In this document: one piece after another, positions 9,301 through 17,808 of the stretch | Position numbering within the stretch: position 1 is the stretch's first letter | Layout: every line of letters begins with the position of its first letter | Translations under genes and position numbers: made by a program | Notes under the pieces: model-generated | Seen by the model: only the letters and a program-made list of their open reading frames with translations | Told to the model about the DNA's origin: nothing | Database searches by the model: none | DNA from: an uncultured Poribacteria bacterium | GTDB lineage: Bacteria > Poribacteria > WGA-4E > WGA-3G | Reading direction: 5' to 3' | NCBI GenBank assembly: GCA_951813565.1 | Contig: OX638351.1 | Span: forward strand, 3,424,001 to 3,488,000 | DNA length: 64,000 nucleotides

Positions 9301-10588
9301 TGTTTATGGTGCTGATTTTACCGTTGTCGGTGTTTTGGGGATAGGATTCAAGGATTTGACTGATAACGATGGCGAAGAAATGACACCTGTAGATTACCAA
9401 TTGATGCAGCAGCAACAGAGTAGAGGTGGCACAGGCGATGAAACGCTTGAGGGGGAACTTCAAAAATATCTCCATCTCACCCCAGATAGCATTGCAGTTT
9501 TGCCTTATGAAGTTGTCATGAACCAAGGCGGAACACTTAGAAGCGTTGCAGTCAACATGGAACCTCAAGAGAACGATCCGAAACTATTAGGTGCAATTGA
9601 TAAACTTGATCTTATCATGGCACCGCTGATGAACCGCATTGCGCTTGACTTTTTTGTTGGACGCGACAAAGATACCTATCTTTATAGCAGTATTGGTATG
9701 ACCAGTTTTAGCGGCATGGGCAACCTATTTGTGCCAATTCTGATTGCTGCGTTGATTGTTCTAAATACCATGCTCGGTGCAGTTTATGAGCGCGTCCGCG
9801 AAATAAGCATTTACAGTTCTGTTGGACTCGCGCCTATCCATATCGCTTTCCTCTTCCTTGCCGAAGCGTGTGTATATGCGATTGTTGGCGCTGTTTTAGG
9901 GTATCTAATGGGACAGGTGATCGCAACAACATTGGTGCATTTCGGTTGGCTCGCGGGCTTAACGCTAAACTATTCTTCAATGTCTACAGTCGTGGCGACA
10001 GTTATTGTGATGATTGTGGTGCTGCTCAGTACGCTTTACCCTGCTATAAAAGCATCCCGCATGGCAGTGCCAGATATTGAACGAAAATGGAAGTTGCCTG
10101 AACCTGAAGGCGATATATGGCATTTCAATCTACCGTTTACCGTTTTAGCGGAAGAAGCACTTGGCTTGAACGTCTTTATGCGCGATTATTTTGATGCACA
10201 TGCCGATGAGTCTGCCAGCGATTTCTATACAGACAACGTTACTTTCAGTTCTGCTGAAGAGGATTCTTATGAGATTGGGATGATGGTCTGGTTAGCGCCT
10301 TACGATTTAGGTGTAAGTCAATCTATCCAATTTATCACTTCGCCTGTCGGTGGAGAAGAAGAAGACCTTTTCAAAATCACATTAGATGTGCACCGCGAAA
10401 GTGGTGAGATAGCGTCATGGAAACGTGTCAATCGTCGTTTCCTCAATTTGTTGCGAAAACAGTTGCTGATATGGCGAACCTTCAGCGTTGATATCCGCTC
10501 AGAATTCCATGAACGGGGTAGAACCGAAAGCACTGATACGCCAGAGGGTACCGGGCAATTGGATCCCGTCGTGGCACCGGCGGATTAG
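3305..10588 (+). CDS. 2427-aa multidomain envelope protein: signal peptide, 2x LysM, DGIDN acidic repeats, PA-like region, split degenerate M28-peptidase-like domain, TM bundle and MacB/FtsX-type ABC permease
   Basis: LysM-like HTVEAGETLEKIAENY and YRLQEGDTLASLARRY; DGIDNxxDG repeats; M28-like AYYDS..PGAD..GIAVLMELAR..VLFVAVDAH; SNMRKRKGRTILT (MacB-type TM1); NTMLGAVYERVREISIYSSVGLAP..IAFLFLAEA (FtsX). Confidence 0.85.
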   Translation: MRIKYYIVINLLVFLCCVSFGYAAEGKKTLGLSEAAIQIRDQLSIRNIRKDLARLSSLESRVTGYPQAANGSKYIFDRFVEMGLKNVESREFTVTVPIDYGNSAIDILSADGTVQHTFPLKPLWPNLVRTSLLADGVKHTVEAGETLEKIAENYAVPLTTIAENPHNQYLPTPVVEGNTVFIPTGGLTGPLFYGDDAQLADFNGSKVGGFWYRLQEGDTLASLARRYRVTKASITDDVLNGHLQKASDGIDNNEDGTVDEYGEIPLLSEILGWATDGIDNDADGWTDEIPGDATDGVDNNKDGRIDETGEFIAASESDIFIPKGAIVLAEFNSGTRWINAAMLGASAVIFIEPETTIRGEAENKFLTVPANIPRFWISNTDAVQLKDFLATGEEVNVRLRGKMKWERRVGQNIRGFLEGGDPVLRDELVVVTAYYDSMSVVPAIAPGADPTCGIAVLMELARLFGQPQYRPGRSVLFVAVDAHFQGLAGMRAFMEGIGQDIVGSATDSPGTPTLQGLRRGLSNDIIEFEELGRKLLLSIDRSILVDLDADFYHGVHGIKEDLESLSTTLTGLSTTRSQIDWLHRAQRDFSERQKKQVDRNRKREKQGFTEEEKSRLEANLVRFEKEALQTTHFLREIVNRLGQIRTSALKTSKDAQRELIETIALPIARLDTWAVDRLMRELESGEIDDRYDTHPNASYLLPMKDGTDYEVPTPDDLPPELLSEIEQLNKTLANWEMSDQRKFALMWTPDKILDRHLDLPTLRKARDARKTLANTTESKEDAIPRERVLLEKIKENLKDTATIENQIKEAITKLSSDREHDLPPEVLTQYLTEASQERINRIDDQLQQRLTEATSASVVGEAGDGSSENILIEDLARDKQGIFEIALRNARLERTRIQYLLDSHETLTREFLDEELLILKSYLSGEEVAQAKEARKHIAAYLVEAEILQAVKQNAASDVIALENLIKQLPSLTRDIDAQTKVLLRDNMLTLRNARFRNIQSRVEKMSRISEIEYNRKLAQIEAAVALQDLFNRYYTSLFCSIDLSSQSNQFGVFNKGWFYDQQPEFVLRREFASIGNKLAAYAADADFGVRVRKLWRATDDQIRQAVMARQWSVASQISDKADLEGKTLETLLSAHYGKLTGLGGVSRLMKMQFEQWRNRGEPSEDMLKDMDYIRKEVERFIRNDVRSAKKNRKNSIRMREQLDAMLRLRHEDPDTFTEDEIEDIKTLISIVGLGGGSNFVNAISASGGKTWKTYIPGKIAFDSEVATLVGKTGIAFATIEDARVLTDTPLDTIDRVDLREDGNLHQQAKTLASLLIQALRDPQMPTAARVGNFYCNLFGDVVEFDARESALPNKPVPYPIVTLRRKHKTMMGVRGDLFAMGDNKGNFEVAGLAMEGRATRRLGGAQEVEAYILDSDSGDIVYAPDLGNYGAKLLPNKVPINTRRRGCRVVTFPCVSTTIYDLVDQRYLRTLRELEVYDALSDSPPEKFGVSKPWQQEGVSAAEPIALVYSEPQSRIKIGMAYGQIGKRLLLIKATKSGMKNPTLYTGEGFVVRENGSIRLTPYVVVRDMWWLDENRSRLYKRFGISSDRLDKLHQFANEYLSRAETALFQNDYQQALKLARAAWGYESRAYPDVKRTGNDVVNGIMFYLALLMPFAYFMERLIFGFPNIHKQILATFGIFLLVFYFLSQVHPAFQITTTPIIILIAFIVLALTVLVISIIVRKFEEQLEKIRQQGNKVYKADVGRLSASAAAFSLGISNMRKRKGRTILTCATLVILTFTVISFTSVRTFMRPNRTSLPQVTPRYTGLLIRDQYWRPLEEPILNSILNDMQKTQITVNDLERLLEQKNLILAKQGQTPLDIPAAIAGLQESGFIKNVDEEPILAVQNVVAPRAWYQSSGTGDQSFVQLTRSPNTQDTAPPTRPLTGEPLSFAANMLVGMSESEPAVTGIDRYLQYGKWFNRDDADNWPTEWPYAIVLPKGMADLLKLTESDMGKATISVYGADFTVVGVLGIGFKDLTDNDGEEMTPVDYQLMQQQQSRGGTGDETLEGELQKYLHLTPDSIAVLPYEVVMNQGGTLRSVAVNMEPQENDPKLLGAIDKLDLIMAPLMNRIALDFFVGRDKDTYLYSSIGMTSFSGMGNLFVPILIAALIVLNTMLGAVYERVREISIYSSVGLAPIHIAFLFLAEACVYAIVGAVLGYLMGQVIATTLVHFGWLAGLTLNYSSMSTVVATVIVMIVVLLSTLYPAIKASRMAVPDIERKWKLPEPEGDIWHFNLPFTVLAEEALGLNVFMRDYFDAHADESASDFYTDNVTFSSAEEDSYEIGMMVWLAPYDLGVSQSIQFITSPVGGEEEDLFKITLDVHRESGEIASWKRVNRRFLNLLRKQLLIWRTFSVDIRSEFHERGRTESTDTPEGTGQLDPVVAPAD

Positions 10589-10617
10589 ATAAATCAGAAT
10601 CTGACTGAACAAGGAAA

Positions 10618-10815
10618 ATGTATATGGAAAAATTAGCAAGCGTTATTATTATCATTGGGACTGTTCTATGGTTTATTAGCGTTCTGTTTTTGGGAGGGCG
10701 TTGGCAGTGGCAAATGTTGGCAGCACTTATATTAACTATCGGCATCTTCCTCGCTCATTTTTGGGAAGAACTCAGCGAAGAAAAGAATAAGAATACACCG
10801 AAAGATGATAATTGA
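10618..10815 (+). CDS. Small two-TM membrane protein
   Basis: Two hydrophobic segments, an AAGGA RBS, and a position within the operon. Confidence 0.6.
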   Translation: MYMEKLASVIIIIGTVLWFISVLFLGGRWQWQMLAALILTIGIFLAHFWEELSEEKNKNTPKDDN

Positions 10816-10903
10816 AGACTCTTGGAGTATAAAGCAGCACGTTAGAAATCGGGGTTAGAAACCCCTCCTACAAGAGCGTTTGGAAAAAAAGGAGAATATT
10901 TAA

Positions 10904-12892
10904 TTGGCGCGAGAGAGAATCTCACAAGCAGATGAATGGCAAACGTGGGCACAACGCTACGACATAGAAGGCGGCATCCGAACCTTTGAATCTGGATTGA
11001 CGGGCAAAGTGTTCTTCGGTGCACTTTTTGTCGGTTTGCTCATGATGCCCGGCTCCATCTATCTGAGTTATGTATCTGGTCAATCAGGTGCAGCGGCTGC
11101 CCCTTGGGTAGCAGTTATCTTGTTCACCGAATTAGCCAGACGTTCCTTCACCACGGCACGTCGTCAAGAACTCTATATGCTGCTAAGCCTCACTGGTGCA
11201 GCAGTCGGCAGCGGTATGCAATATCGGAGTTTTATTTGGTATGCATATTTTATAAACACACCGCAAGCCATTTCTTATGAAATTGCCGACAAAATACCCG
11301 CATGGGTTGTGCCAGCAGGTGATTCCTTAGCCATTGCGAGCCGAAGTCTGCTACATCCTGACTGGTTGTTGCCTATAGGTATCTACCTCGCGGGGAAGTT
11401 TCTTGGGACTCTGCGGGTTGTCAGTGGTCAGTATATTCTCTTTAGACTTACTGCTGACCTTGAACGGCTTCCCTATCCGATGGCACCGATTACAGCACAA
11501 GGTGCAACTGCGTTAGCTGAAACAACTGGTAAACAAGAAACATGGCGATGGCAAGTCTTTTCTATCGGGTCTATGGCAGGCTTAATATGGGGATTCATCT
11601 ACATCGGCGTTCCTGCTCTCACTGGCGTGATGATGAGCCAACCGATACAAATTTTGAAGATACCGTGGATAGATTTTACGCAAAGTATTGAAGGATTCGC
11701 GCCGACAGGGGTCTTTGCGCTTCGAACCGACTTCGGACAGATGCTCTTCGGATTCGTCTTGCCGTTTCCAGTGGTGATGTCGGAGTTTGTTACCGCGATG
11801 CTTTCGCAATTTGTTGTCAATCCACAAATTCTCTACAGAAACGAGATATTACATCAATGGGAACCTGGACTTGATGTGCGCGCGACTGGGCTCTTCAACG
11901 ATCTCGATTTCTGGAGGAGTTACGGCATAGGTAAAACGTTTAGCCTCGGTCTTGTTGGCATGGCTGCCTCTGTCCCAATGCTTTTCAAACTTCGCAGTAC
12001 CCAGAAAAAGGCGGGAGAACGTGGGTCACTTGCCACACCACCGAACCGTGGTGATTTTCCATTATGGCTTATGGGAACACTATGGTTGATCGGTATGGGT
12101 GGATTTGTCTGGCTCATCCATTGGATGGTACCGAATTTCCCACTGAGTTTCCTACTTGGATTCGCGTTCTTATATACGCCAATTAATTCATATATCACCG
12201 CAAGGACGTTCGGCGTGCTCGGCCGTGATCTATTTGAAATACCTTATTTGCATGAGATCACTTTTATTCTCAGCCGGTACGAGGAGATTGATATCTGGTT
12301 TGCCCCGCTACCTGACGAAGATTACGGAGCAGGCACACAAGGATGGCGCGTGCTTGAACTTACCGGAACAACTTTTACATCAAACCTTGCTGCCACGCTT
12401 CTGATTATGCCTATCCTGATTGTTAGTGGAATTGTGGTACAGCACTTTATCTGGCAAATAGCACCAATACCGAGCGCACAATATCCATTTGTTCAGATGA
12501 TGTGGCCGATTAACGCAACAAACGAATGTCTCATGAAAACATCACTGCGCGATGGGAATAGTGAGATAATACAAGCCATTCGAGGTGATTATGTTGCGGC
12601 AGGATTTACCTCCAGTCTCGCGATCTATGGACTGCTTTGGGTGTTAAAATATCCGTCAATGTGGTTTTACGGTATTATTGGTGGAATTGGTGCTGATCCG
12701 GGCAGTATGGTTGCGCGGTTACTCGGGGCCATCATCGGTAGATTCTATATGATTAAGCGGTTCGGTTTGAAGCGGTGGTTTATGTTCAATCCGGTACTGG
12801 CAGCAGGCTTTGCTTGTGGTGTGGGACTGATCGGGATGGGTACCGTTGCCATTGCCCTTGTCTCTAAAGCGGTCATTGTTAAGCCGTTTTAG
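10904..12892 (+). CDS. Polytopic membrane protein, OPT/YSL-like putative peptide transporter
   Basis: Many TM segments, an ERLPYPMAPI motif resembling the OPT 'LxFP' motif, and an AAAGGAG RBS before a TTG start. Confidence 0.65.
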   Translation: MARERISQADEWQTWAQRYDIEGGIRTFESGLTGKVFFGALFVGLLMMPGSIYLSYVSGQSGAAAAPWVAVILFTELARRSFTTARRQELYMLLSLTGAAVGSGMQYRSFIWYAYFINTPQAISYEIADKIPAWVVPAGDSLAIASRSLLHPDWLLPIGIYLAGKFLGTLRVVSGQYILFRLTADLERLPYPMAPITAQGATALAETTGKQETWRWQVFSIGSMAGLIWGFIYIGVPALTGVMMSQPIQILKIPWIDFTQSIEGFAPTGVFALRTDFGQMLFGFVLPFPVVMSEFVTAMLSQFVVNPQILYRNEILHQWEPGLDVRATGLFNDLDFWRSYGIGKTFSLGLVGMAASVPMLFKLRSTQKKAGERGSLATPPNRGDFPLWLMGTLWLIGMGGFVWLIHWMVPNFPLSFLLGFAFLYTPINSYITARTFGVLGRDLFEIPYLHEITFILSRYEEIDIWFAPLPDEDYGAGTQGWRVLELTGTTFTSNLAATLLIMPILIVSGIVVQHFIWQIAPIPSAQYPFVQMMWPINATNECLMKTSLRDGNSEIIQAIRGDYVAAGFTSSLAIYGLLWVLKYPSMWFYGIIGGIGADPGSMVARLLGAIIGRFYMIKRFGLKRWFMFNPVLAAGFACGVGLIGMGTVAIALVSKAVIVKPF

Positions 12893-12921
12893 CCAAAATT
12901 CTCTCGTGGTGGAAAATCGGT

Positions 12922-13869
12922 ATGGACTGGACTCTTTTTGGTTGGGCAGGCATTCAGTTAGAGATACCGACAACTTGGGAAATCAGTGGTATCAGCGGCG
13001 ATGAGAAGAACGGTTACCTTCGGTTAGATGACGCTGAGATGCCTCGGTTAGAACTCAAATGGGCAAAGACACGGAAAAAGAAACCTGACCTACACAAAAC
13101 ACTCGACGAATACTTCAAGTTAGTCCGTAAAAACTACAAACGCGGTGGTAATGTCTCATTTCGTAGGAACGTTGACCTTATTAAAGACGAGGATTTTTTA
13201 AAAGGTCACACTGTCCTTGGTTTTAGTTGGAAGGGAGGTATCCGCGCAAATGGATTGATCATCCATAGTCCCGATACTAAACGGATCACCATTGTCCAAG
13301 TCATGGGACGGCTCAAAGAAAACTGGCGTCCTACGGTACTACGCATCTTTCAATCTATTTCGGACCAAGGAGACCCGAAAAACACCGTCTGGAGTGCGTA
13401 TGGACTGAGGCTTGCTGTTCCGAAAAACTATAAGTTAGAAAGCCAGAAACTTCTCAGCGGATATCTATTGTTTGCATTTACAAGAGGTAAAAGTCGTAAA
13501 CTTAGTATTGAACGCTACGGTCCTGCGGAGGTGTTATTAAACGAATTTAGTTCAGAACCGAATCCTTTAGAGACTTGGTTTCGGGCGCGCTACGCTAAAG
13601 CGATTCGTGGTTATGGGTTTGAAGTGACACCACATGAAGAGCACGGAGACGAACGCATCACGTTTGTCGGACAGCAGACACGACTTTACGATAGTATGCC
13701 ATTTTCACCCTTACTAGTACTTGATAAACTCCGAAAACGGGTAAGACTTACGTTTTTTATTTGGCATTGTTATCATACCAACCGTATCTATGTGGTGCAA
13801 TCAATTGGACGCCATGAGACCTCTGAGAAACTTGCACAAGAGGTCGCAAAAAGTATTCACTGCCACTAA
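12922..13869 (+). CDS. Hypothetical soluble protein with an apparent two-fold internal repeat
   Basis: Long ORF in the operon; FGWAGIQLEIPTTWEI resembles WSAYGLRLAVPKNYKL. Confidence 0.7.
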   Translation: MDWTLFGWAGIQLEIPTTWEISGISGDEKNGYLRLDDAEMPRLELKWAKTRKKKPDLHKTLDEYFKLVRKNYKRGGNVSFRRNVDLIKDEDFLKGHTVLGFSWKGGIRANGLIIHSPDTKRITIVQVMGRLKENWRPTVLRIFQSISDQGDPKNTVWSAYGLRLAVPKNYKLESQKLLSGYLLFAFTRGKSRKLSIERYGPAEVLLNEFSSEPNPLETWFRARYAKAIRGYGFEVTPHEEHGDERITFVGQQTRLYDSMPFSPLLVLDKLRKRVRLTFFIWHCYHTNRIYVVQSIGRHETSEKLAQEVAKSIHCH

Positions 13870-14041
13870 GATTGAGATAGTGAATATTCAATAATAGTCA
13901 GAACAACATCAATTGACCCTTAAGGGTATATGAAAAAAGAAACAGAGATACTCAATTTTTTTGACATTCCGGTTGAACACTTTCCCGATAGAAGTGTCAG
14001 ATGGTTGTTCCAAGACAAGGAGAATGTCCGAGGGTTGTTAG

Positions 14042-15403
14042 CACTCCCCGTCAAACCCCCTGCCTTTAGGTAGGGGATGTCCACGGCGAAAGTTTTGATT
14101 TAAAATATACTTTTCAATCTAATCACAATGTGGTATAATATATCATACTATAGTGTAACTCTTGAAGTGATAAAAGACTATATTGAAGGTCAAAGTGGTC
14201 AATGAGAAAATCTCACAAGTTCAAACTTCAACACCAATCTAACACAATCAAACTTGGTAATATGCTTGATGATATGTGGGAAATCCATCTACATATCATG
14301 CGTTTGGCACGTAGGTATTATCGCATGTTCGGCAAAAATTTGTCTGCGTATCGTCTGAAGGCACACGTCACAAAACTTAAAAAGACAACTAAACCGCATT
14401 GGGCAGCCTTGCCGAGCCAAGTTGTGCAAGACATTGTGCTGCATGGTAAATCTCAAGACGCTTTCTTTGAGAATATCGAAGACCGAAAAGCGGGCAAAAC
14501 AACGCGTAAAGTGGATAGACCGAAAATCAAACCGCGCCACAAATACAACGCCATGACCTTCACACAAGCAGGCTACAAACTTGAAGGGAACCGTATCAAA
14601 ATCAACTGTATAGATACATGGTTTTCCTTTCACAAACACCGTGAAATCAAAGGTGTCATCAAGACGATAACGATCAAACGTGACAGGTGCGGTGACTATT
14701 GGATATGCTTTTCGTGTGAGAATGTTGACGATTCCGAACCCAAACCCAAGAGGGGTAAGAGCGCAGGATTTGATTATGGAAACAAAACATTCCTCACAAG
14801 CGACGAAGGGGACACAATAGAATCCCCGCAGTTTTTCAAACAATCACTCAACACGTTGCGATCTCTCAACAAAGCACTCAGTCGTAAAGTCAAAGGTTCT
14901 AACAACTATTATCGTGCGTGCCGTGCTTTGGCAAGGCAACACAGAAAGGTTGCCCGACAAAGAGAAGATTGGCAATGGAAACTTGCCTCAAAACTTTGTG
15001 TAGAGTTTGACACACTCATTTTTGAAACGCTGAACCTTGACGGTATGAAACGATTATGGGGACGTAAAGTTTCTGACCATTCTTTCTACCAGTTTCTTCA
15101 GATATTGGAACAGAAGTGTGCCAAACACGGCAAAAAACTTGTGCAAATCTCTCAATGGATAGCAACAACAAAACCTTGTAGTGATTGTGGATACCCTAAC
15201 AAAGAACTCTCTCTTTCTGATAGGCAGTGGACATGCCCCAAATGTGGCTCACACCACGACAGAGACATCAATGCTGCTATCAATATCAAACAGGCAGGCT
15301 TGGCTGCCTAAAGTGGAGCGACAATAAGACGGTGGACGCTAAGCGAAAACCGCAGTCGCAAGGAAGCACAAGCCCCTACCTTTAGGTAGTGGGTACCTAT
15401 GAC
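14042..15403 (+). mobile_element. IS200/IS605-family element, tnpB-only (IS1341-like), inserted 3' of TTAG
   Basis: Subterminal hairpins CCCCTGCCTTTAGGTAGGGG and CCCCTACCTTTAGGTAGTGGG, right end TGAC, no TSD. The ends are defined by comparison with the second copy at 45843-47207. Confidence 0.92.
14202..15311 (+). CDS. tnpB: RNA-guided endonuclease TnpB
   Basis: RuvC motifs GFDYG, FETLN and DRDINAA; Zn ribbon CSDC...CPKC. Confidence 0.95.
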   Translation: MRKSHKFKLQHQSNTIKLGNMLDDMWEIHLHIMRLARRYYRMFGKNLSAYRLKAHVTKLKKTTKPHWAALPSQVVQDIVLHGKSQDAFFENIEDRKAGKTTRKVDRPKIKPRHKYNAMTFTQAGYKLEGNRIKINCIDTWFSFHKHREIKGVIKTITIKRDRCGDYWICFSCENVDDSEPKPKRGKSAGFDYGNKTFLTSDEGDTIESPQFFKQSLNTLRSLNKALSRKVKGSNNYYRACRALARQHRKVARQREDWQWKLASKLCVEFDTLIFETLNLDGMKRLWGRKVSDHSFYQFLQILEQKCAKHGKKLVQISQWIATTKPCSDCGYPNKELSLSDRQWTCPKCGSHHDRDINAAINIKQAGLAA

Positions 15404-16104
15404 AAATTCTCTCAAGTGAGTTGGTGGAATTGATTGATTTTAGCCAACTTACACAAATTAACAGGAGTTTTATTCCAAACACGCTTCGCGAACAAGAGTC
15501 TGACATCGTTTTTAGCGTCCCTTTTCAACACGAATCGAAAACTAACGAGATACTTATCTATATTCTCATTGAACACCAATCAACAGTTGATGTTACAATG
15601 GGATTTCGATTGTTGTTTTACATGACGCAGATATGGGATTTTCAACGTAGGGAGTGGGAATCGAACAATGTTTCCAAAAGTGAGCGGCGTTTTCGCCCAA
15701 TCCTTCCGATTGTGTATTACACTGGCGCGCAGCAGTGGAAAACACCGTTGACTCTTGAGGCGATAATGGACATTCCTGATGTGCTTGCTCGCTTTGTCCC
15801 AAAATTTGATTCTTTGTTTCTAAGCGTAAAAGAAACAGATGAAGTGGATCTAACGAAAACTGGTCATCCATTGGGATGGTTGTTAACTGTACTTCAAAAG
15901 GAACATGCAGACAAGGAAGCGATAAGTAGTGCGTTGCTTGAAGCTATATCTCACATTAACGCTCTTGATGAAGAACAAGCACAGCAGCGACGGAGAGCAA
16001 TTATCTATTTCTTGTTGTTGATATTGCATCGTCGTCCGGCTAAAGAACACGAAGATTTGATAGCACTTATTGACCAACATACACACGAGTTGGAGGTAGA
16101 AACC

Positions 16105-16338
16105 ATGGCAAAATCAATGGCAGACGTTCTCAGAGAACAAGGTATTGAACAAGGCCAAACACGGGCAAAACAGGAGGCAGTACTTAAGCTCCTACAAATT
16201 CAATTTGGTGATGTGCCTGAGGATGTTTCTAAAAGAATTACTTCTATCCGTAGTATCTCAAGTCTTGATTCGCTCTTTGAGAAAACGGCTACCGTTCAAA
16301 CACTTGATGAAATTGATTGGCAAAACTATAATGACTAA
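16105..16338 (+). CDS. Putative intragenic small Rpn product (RpnS-like, 77 aa)
   Basis: GGAGG at 16092-16096, 8 nt before an in-frame ATG that starts MAKSMADVLREQGIEQG. Confidence 0.55.
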   Translation: MAKSMADVLREQGIEQGQTRAKQEAVLKLLQIQFGDVPEDVSKRITSIRSISSLDSLFEKTATVQTLDEIDWQNYND

Positions 16339-16382
16339 TACCATATTAACCTAAAACTTGTTCATACGCTACAAAAAAAGAC

Positions 16383-16847
16383 ATGCTTAACAAAGTTCTA
16401 TATACCCTTAAACTAAAAAAACGACCTGATGTAGATAGAGGCAAAGTCCTCAAAGCATTTCCGCTACGCAATCAGTTGATAACGTGGGAATTAGACGAAA
16501 AAGGTGAAGCCTCGCTCATCATTCCGCAGAAAGATAAATTCTGGGTTAGACTTACAAGTAAACTTTTTATGCTCCCCAATAAACGGGTTGTTGTGCTGGA
16601 TAGCATCGGTACATACGTATGGGAAATGTGTGATGGGAAGCATACTATTTCACAGATTATCAAGGCACTCCAGAAAAAACATCAACTGACCCGAAAAGAA
16701 GCCGAAACTTCACTTTTTACCTTTGTCCAACAGCTCGGAAAACGAAATTTTATCCAATTTGCTATTCCGAGTGAAGAAAAACCGAATGAGGCAGCAGCAC
16801 AAAAACCCGCGCAACAGAAGCGTTTCGGATTTTTGGCAAAGCGATAA
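16383..16847 (+). CDS. PqqD-family / RiPP-recognition-element-like protein
   Basis: VLDSIGTYVWEMCDGKHTISQIIKALQ...FVQQLGKRNFI is a typical PqqD winged-helix pattern. Confidence 0.8.
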   Translation: MLNKVLYTLKLKKRPDVDRGKVLKAFPLRNQLITWELDEKGEASLIIPQKDKFWVRLTSKLFMLPNKRVVVLDSIGTYVWEMCDGKHTISQIIKALQKKHQLTRKEAETSLFTFVQQLGKRNFIQFAIPSEEKPNEAAAQKPAQQKRFGFLAKR

Positions 16848-16993
16848 ACGATCTATTTATAACCTATTTATAACTTGTTTAACAAGTTCAGGATTTTTTA
16901 GTCAAGAAATCGCGACCAAGAGGTCGCTCCTACAGCGGAGACGCGATAGCCGATAACTGACTGCCGATAGCCAATAAAAAGGAGAAAAAAGAT

Positions 16994-17800
16994 ATGCAAG
17001 CAGAAATAGAGGGTGTACAACCAAATCTCGCTGAAACCCCAGAACGATTCCAGCGCCTTATTCCTAAAGAGAATACTGTTAGAGTCAGAAACCTCATAAA
17101 ACGTTATGAGATGGGAACAACGACTGTGGATGCGCTACGCGGTGTCAATTTCCAAATTCAACGCGGTGAATACATCTCTATTATGGGACCTTCTGGTTCT
17201 GGCAAATCTACGCTTTTTAATATGATTGGTGGATTAGACAAACCTACCGAAGGCAGAGTCTATATTGACGAAGTAGATATTGCACAGCTTGACGCTTACG
17301 AGTTGGCGTGGCTGCGTTGTCGGAAAATCGGTTATATTTTCCAATCGTTCAATCTAATTCCTGTTATGACAGCACTTGAGAATGTCTCGCTCCCCATGAT
17401 TTTTGCTGGTATGAGTGCCGATGAAAGCAGAGAAAAAGGCGTAGACCTGCTTTCTCTTGTTGGGTTGGGCGACCGCGTTCAACATAAACCGCTTGAACTC
17501 TCTGGTGGACAGCAGCAACGTGTCGCAATTGCCCGTTCCCTTGCTAACGACCCCGCTATTGTGTTAGCAGATGAACCGACAGGTAACTTAGATACCAAAA
17601 CAGGTCTTGAAATCATAGATTTGCTCCGCCGCCTCAATGATGAAAACGGCGTAACCATTATTACTGCAACACACGACCATAAGATGCTTGATGTCTCTGA
17701 CAGGATTTTCCATATGGTAGACGGCAAAGTTGACAAAATTGAGGCGCGCGATGAAATTGACCTTCACGTCGGAAAATTGGACGGTCAGGAAGTCGGATAA
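16994..17800 (+). CDS. ABC transporter ATP-binding protein (LolD/MacB/FtsE type)
   Basis: Walker A GPSGSGKST, LSGGQQQRVAIAR, LADEPTGNLD and H-loop ATHD. Confidence 0.95.
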   Translation: MQAEIEGVQPNLAETPERFQRLIPKENTVRVRNLIKRYEMGTTTVDALRGVNFQIQRGEYISIMGPSGSGKSTLFNMIGGLDKPTEGRVYIDEVDIAQLDAYELAWLRCRKIGYIFQSFNLIPVMTALENVSLPMIFAGMSADESREKGVDLLSLVGLGDRVQHKPLELSGGQQQRVAIARSLANDPAIVLADEPTGNLDTKTGLEIIDLLRRLNDENGVTIITATHDHKMLDVSDRIFHMVDGKVDKIEARDEIDLHVGKLDGQEVG

Positions 17801-17808
17801 ACTCCTCA

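Larger units (their letters stand above)
13930..16338 (+). pseudogene. Rpn/YhgA-like PD-(D/E)XK nuclease interrupted by an IS200/IS605 element
   Basis: The 5' part MKKETE...DRSVRWLFQDKENVRGLL (13930-14041) rejoins in frame to EILSSELVELIDF...ESDIVF...ILIEHQS...PILPIVYYTG (15404-16338) when 14042-15403 is removed. Confidence 0.88.

Noticed and set aside
3470..10533. Short alternative-frame and antisense ORFs within the giant gene
   Set aside because: They are fully overlapped by a coherent 2427-aa ORF and have no recognisable motifs.
10618..10815. 65-aa ORF as a RiPP precursor for the PqqD protein
   Set aside because: It looks like a two-TM membrane protein, has no leader/core pattern, and no maturase is present in the window.
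15421..16338. Stand-alone intact 305-aa Rpn gene
   Set aside because: Its N-terminus lies at 13930-14041, before the IS; the TTG start is an internal Leu codon.
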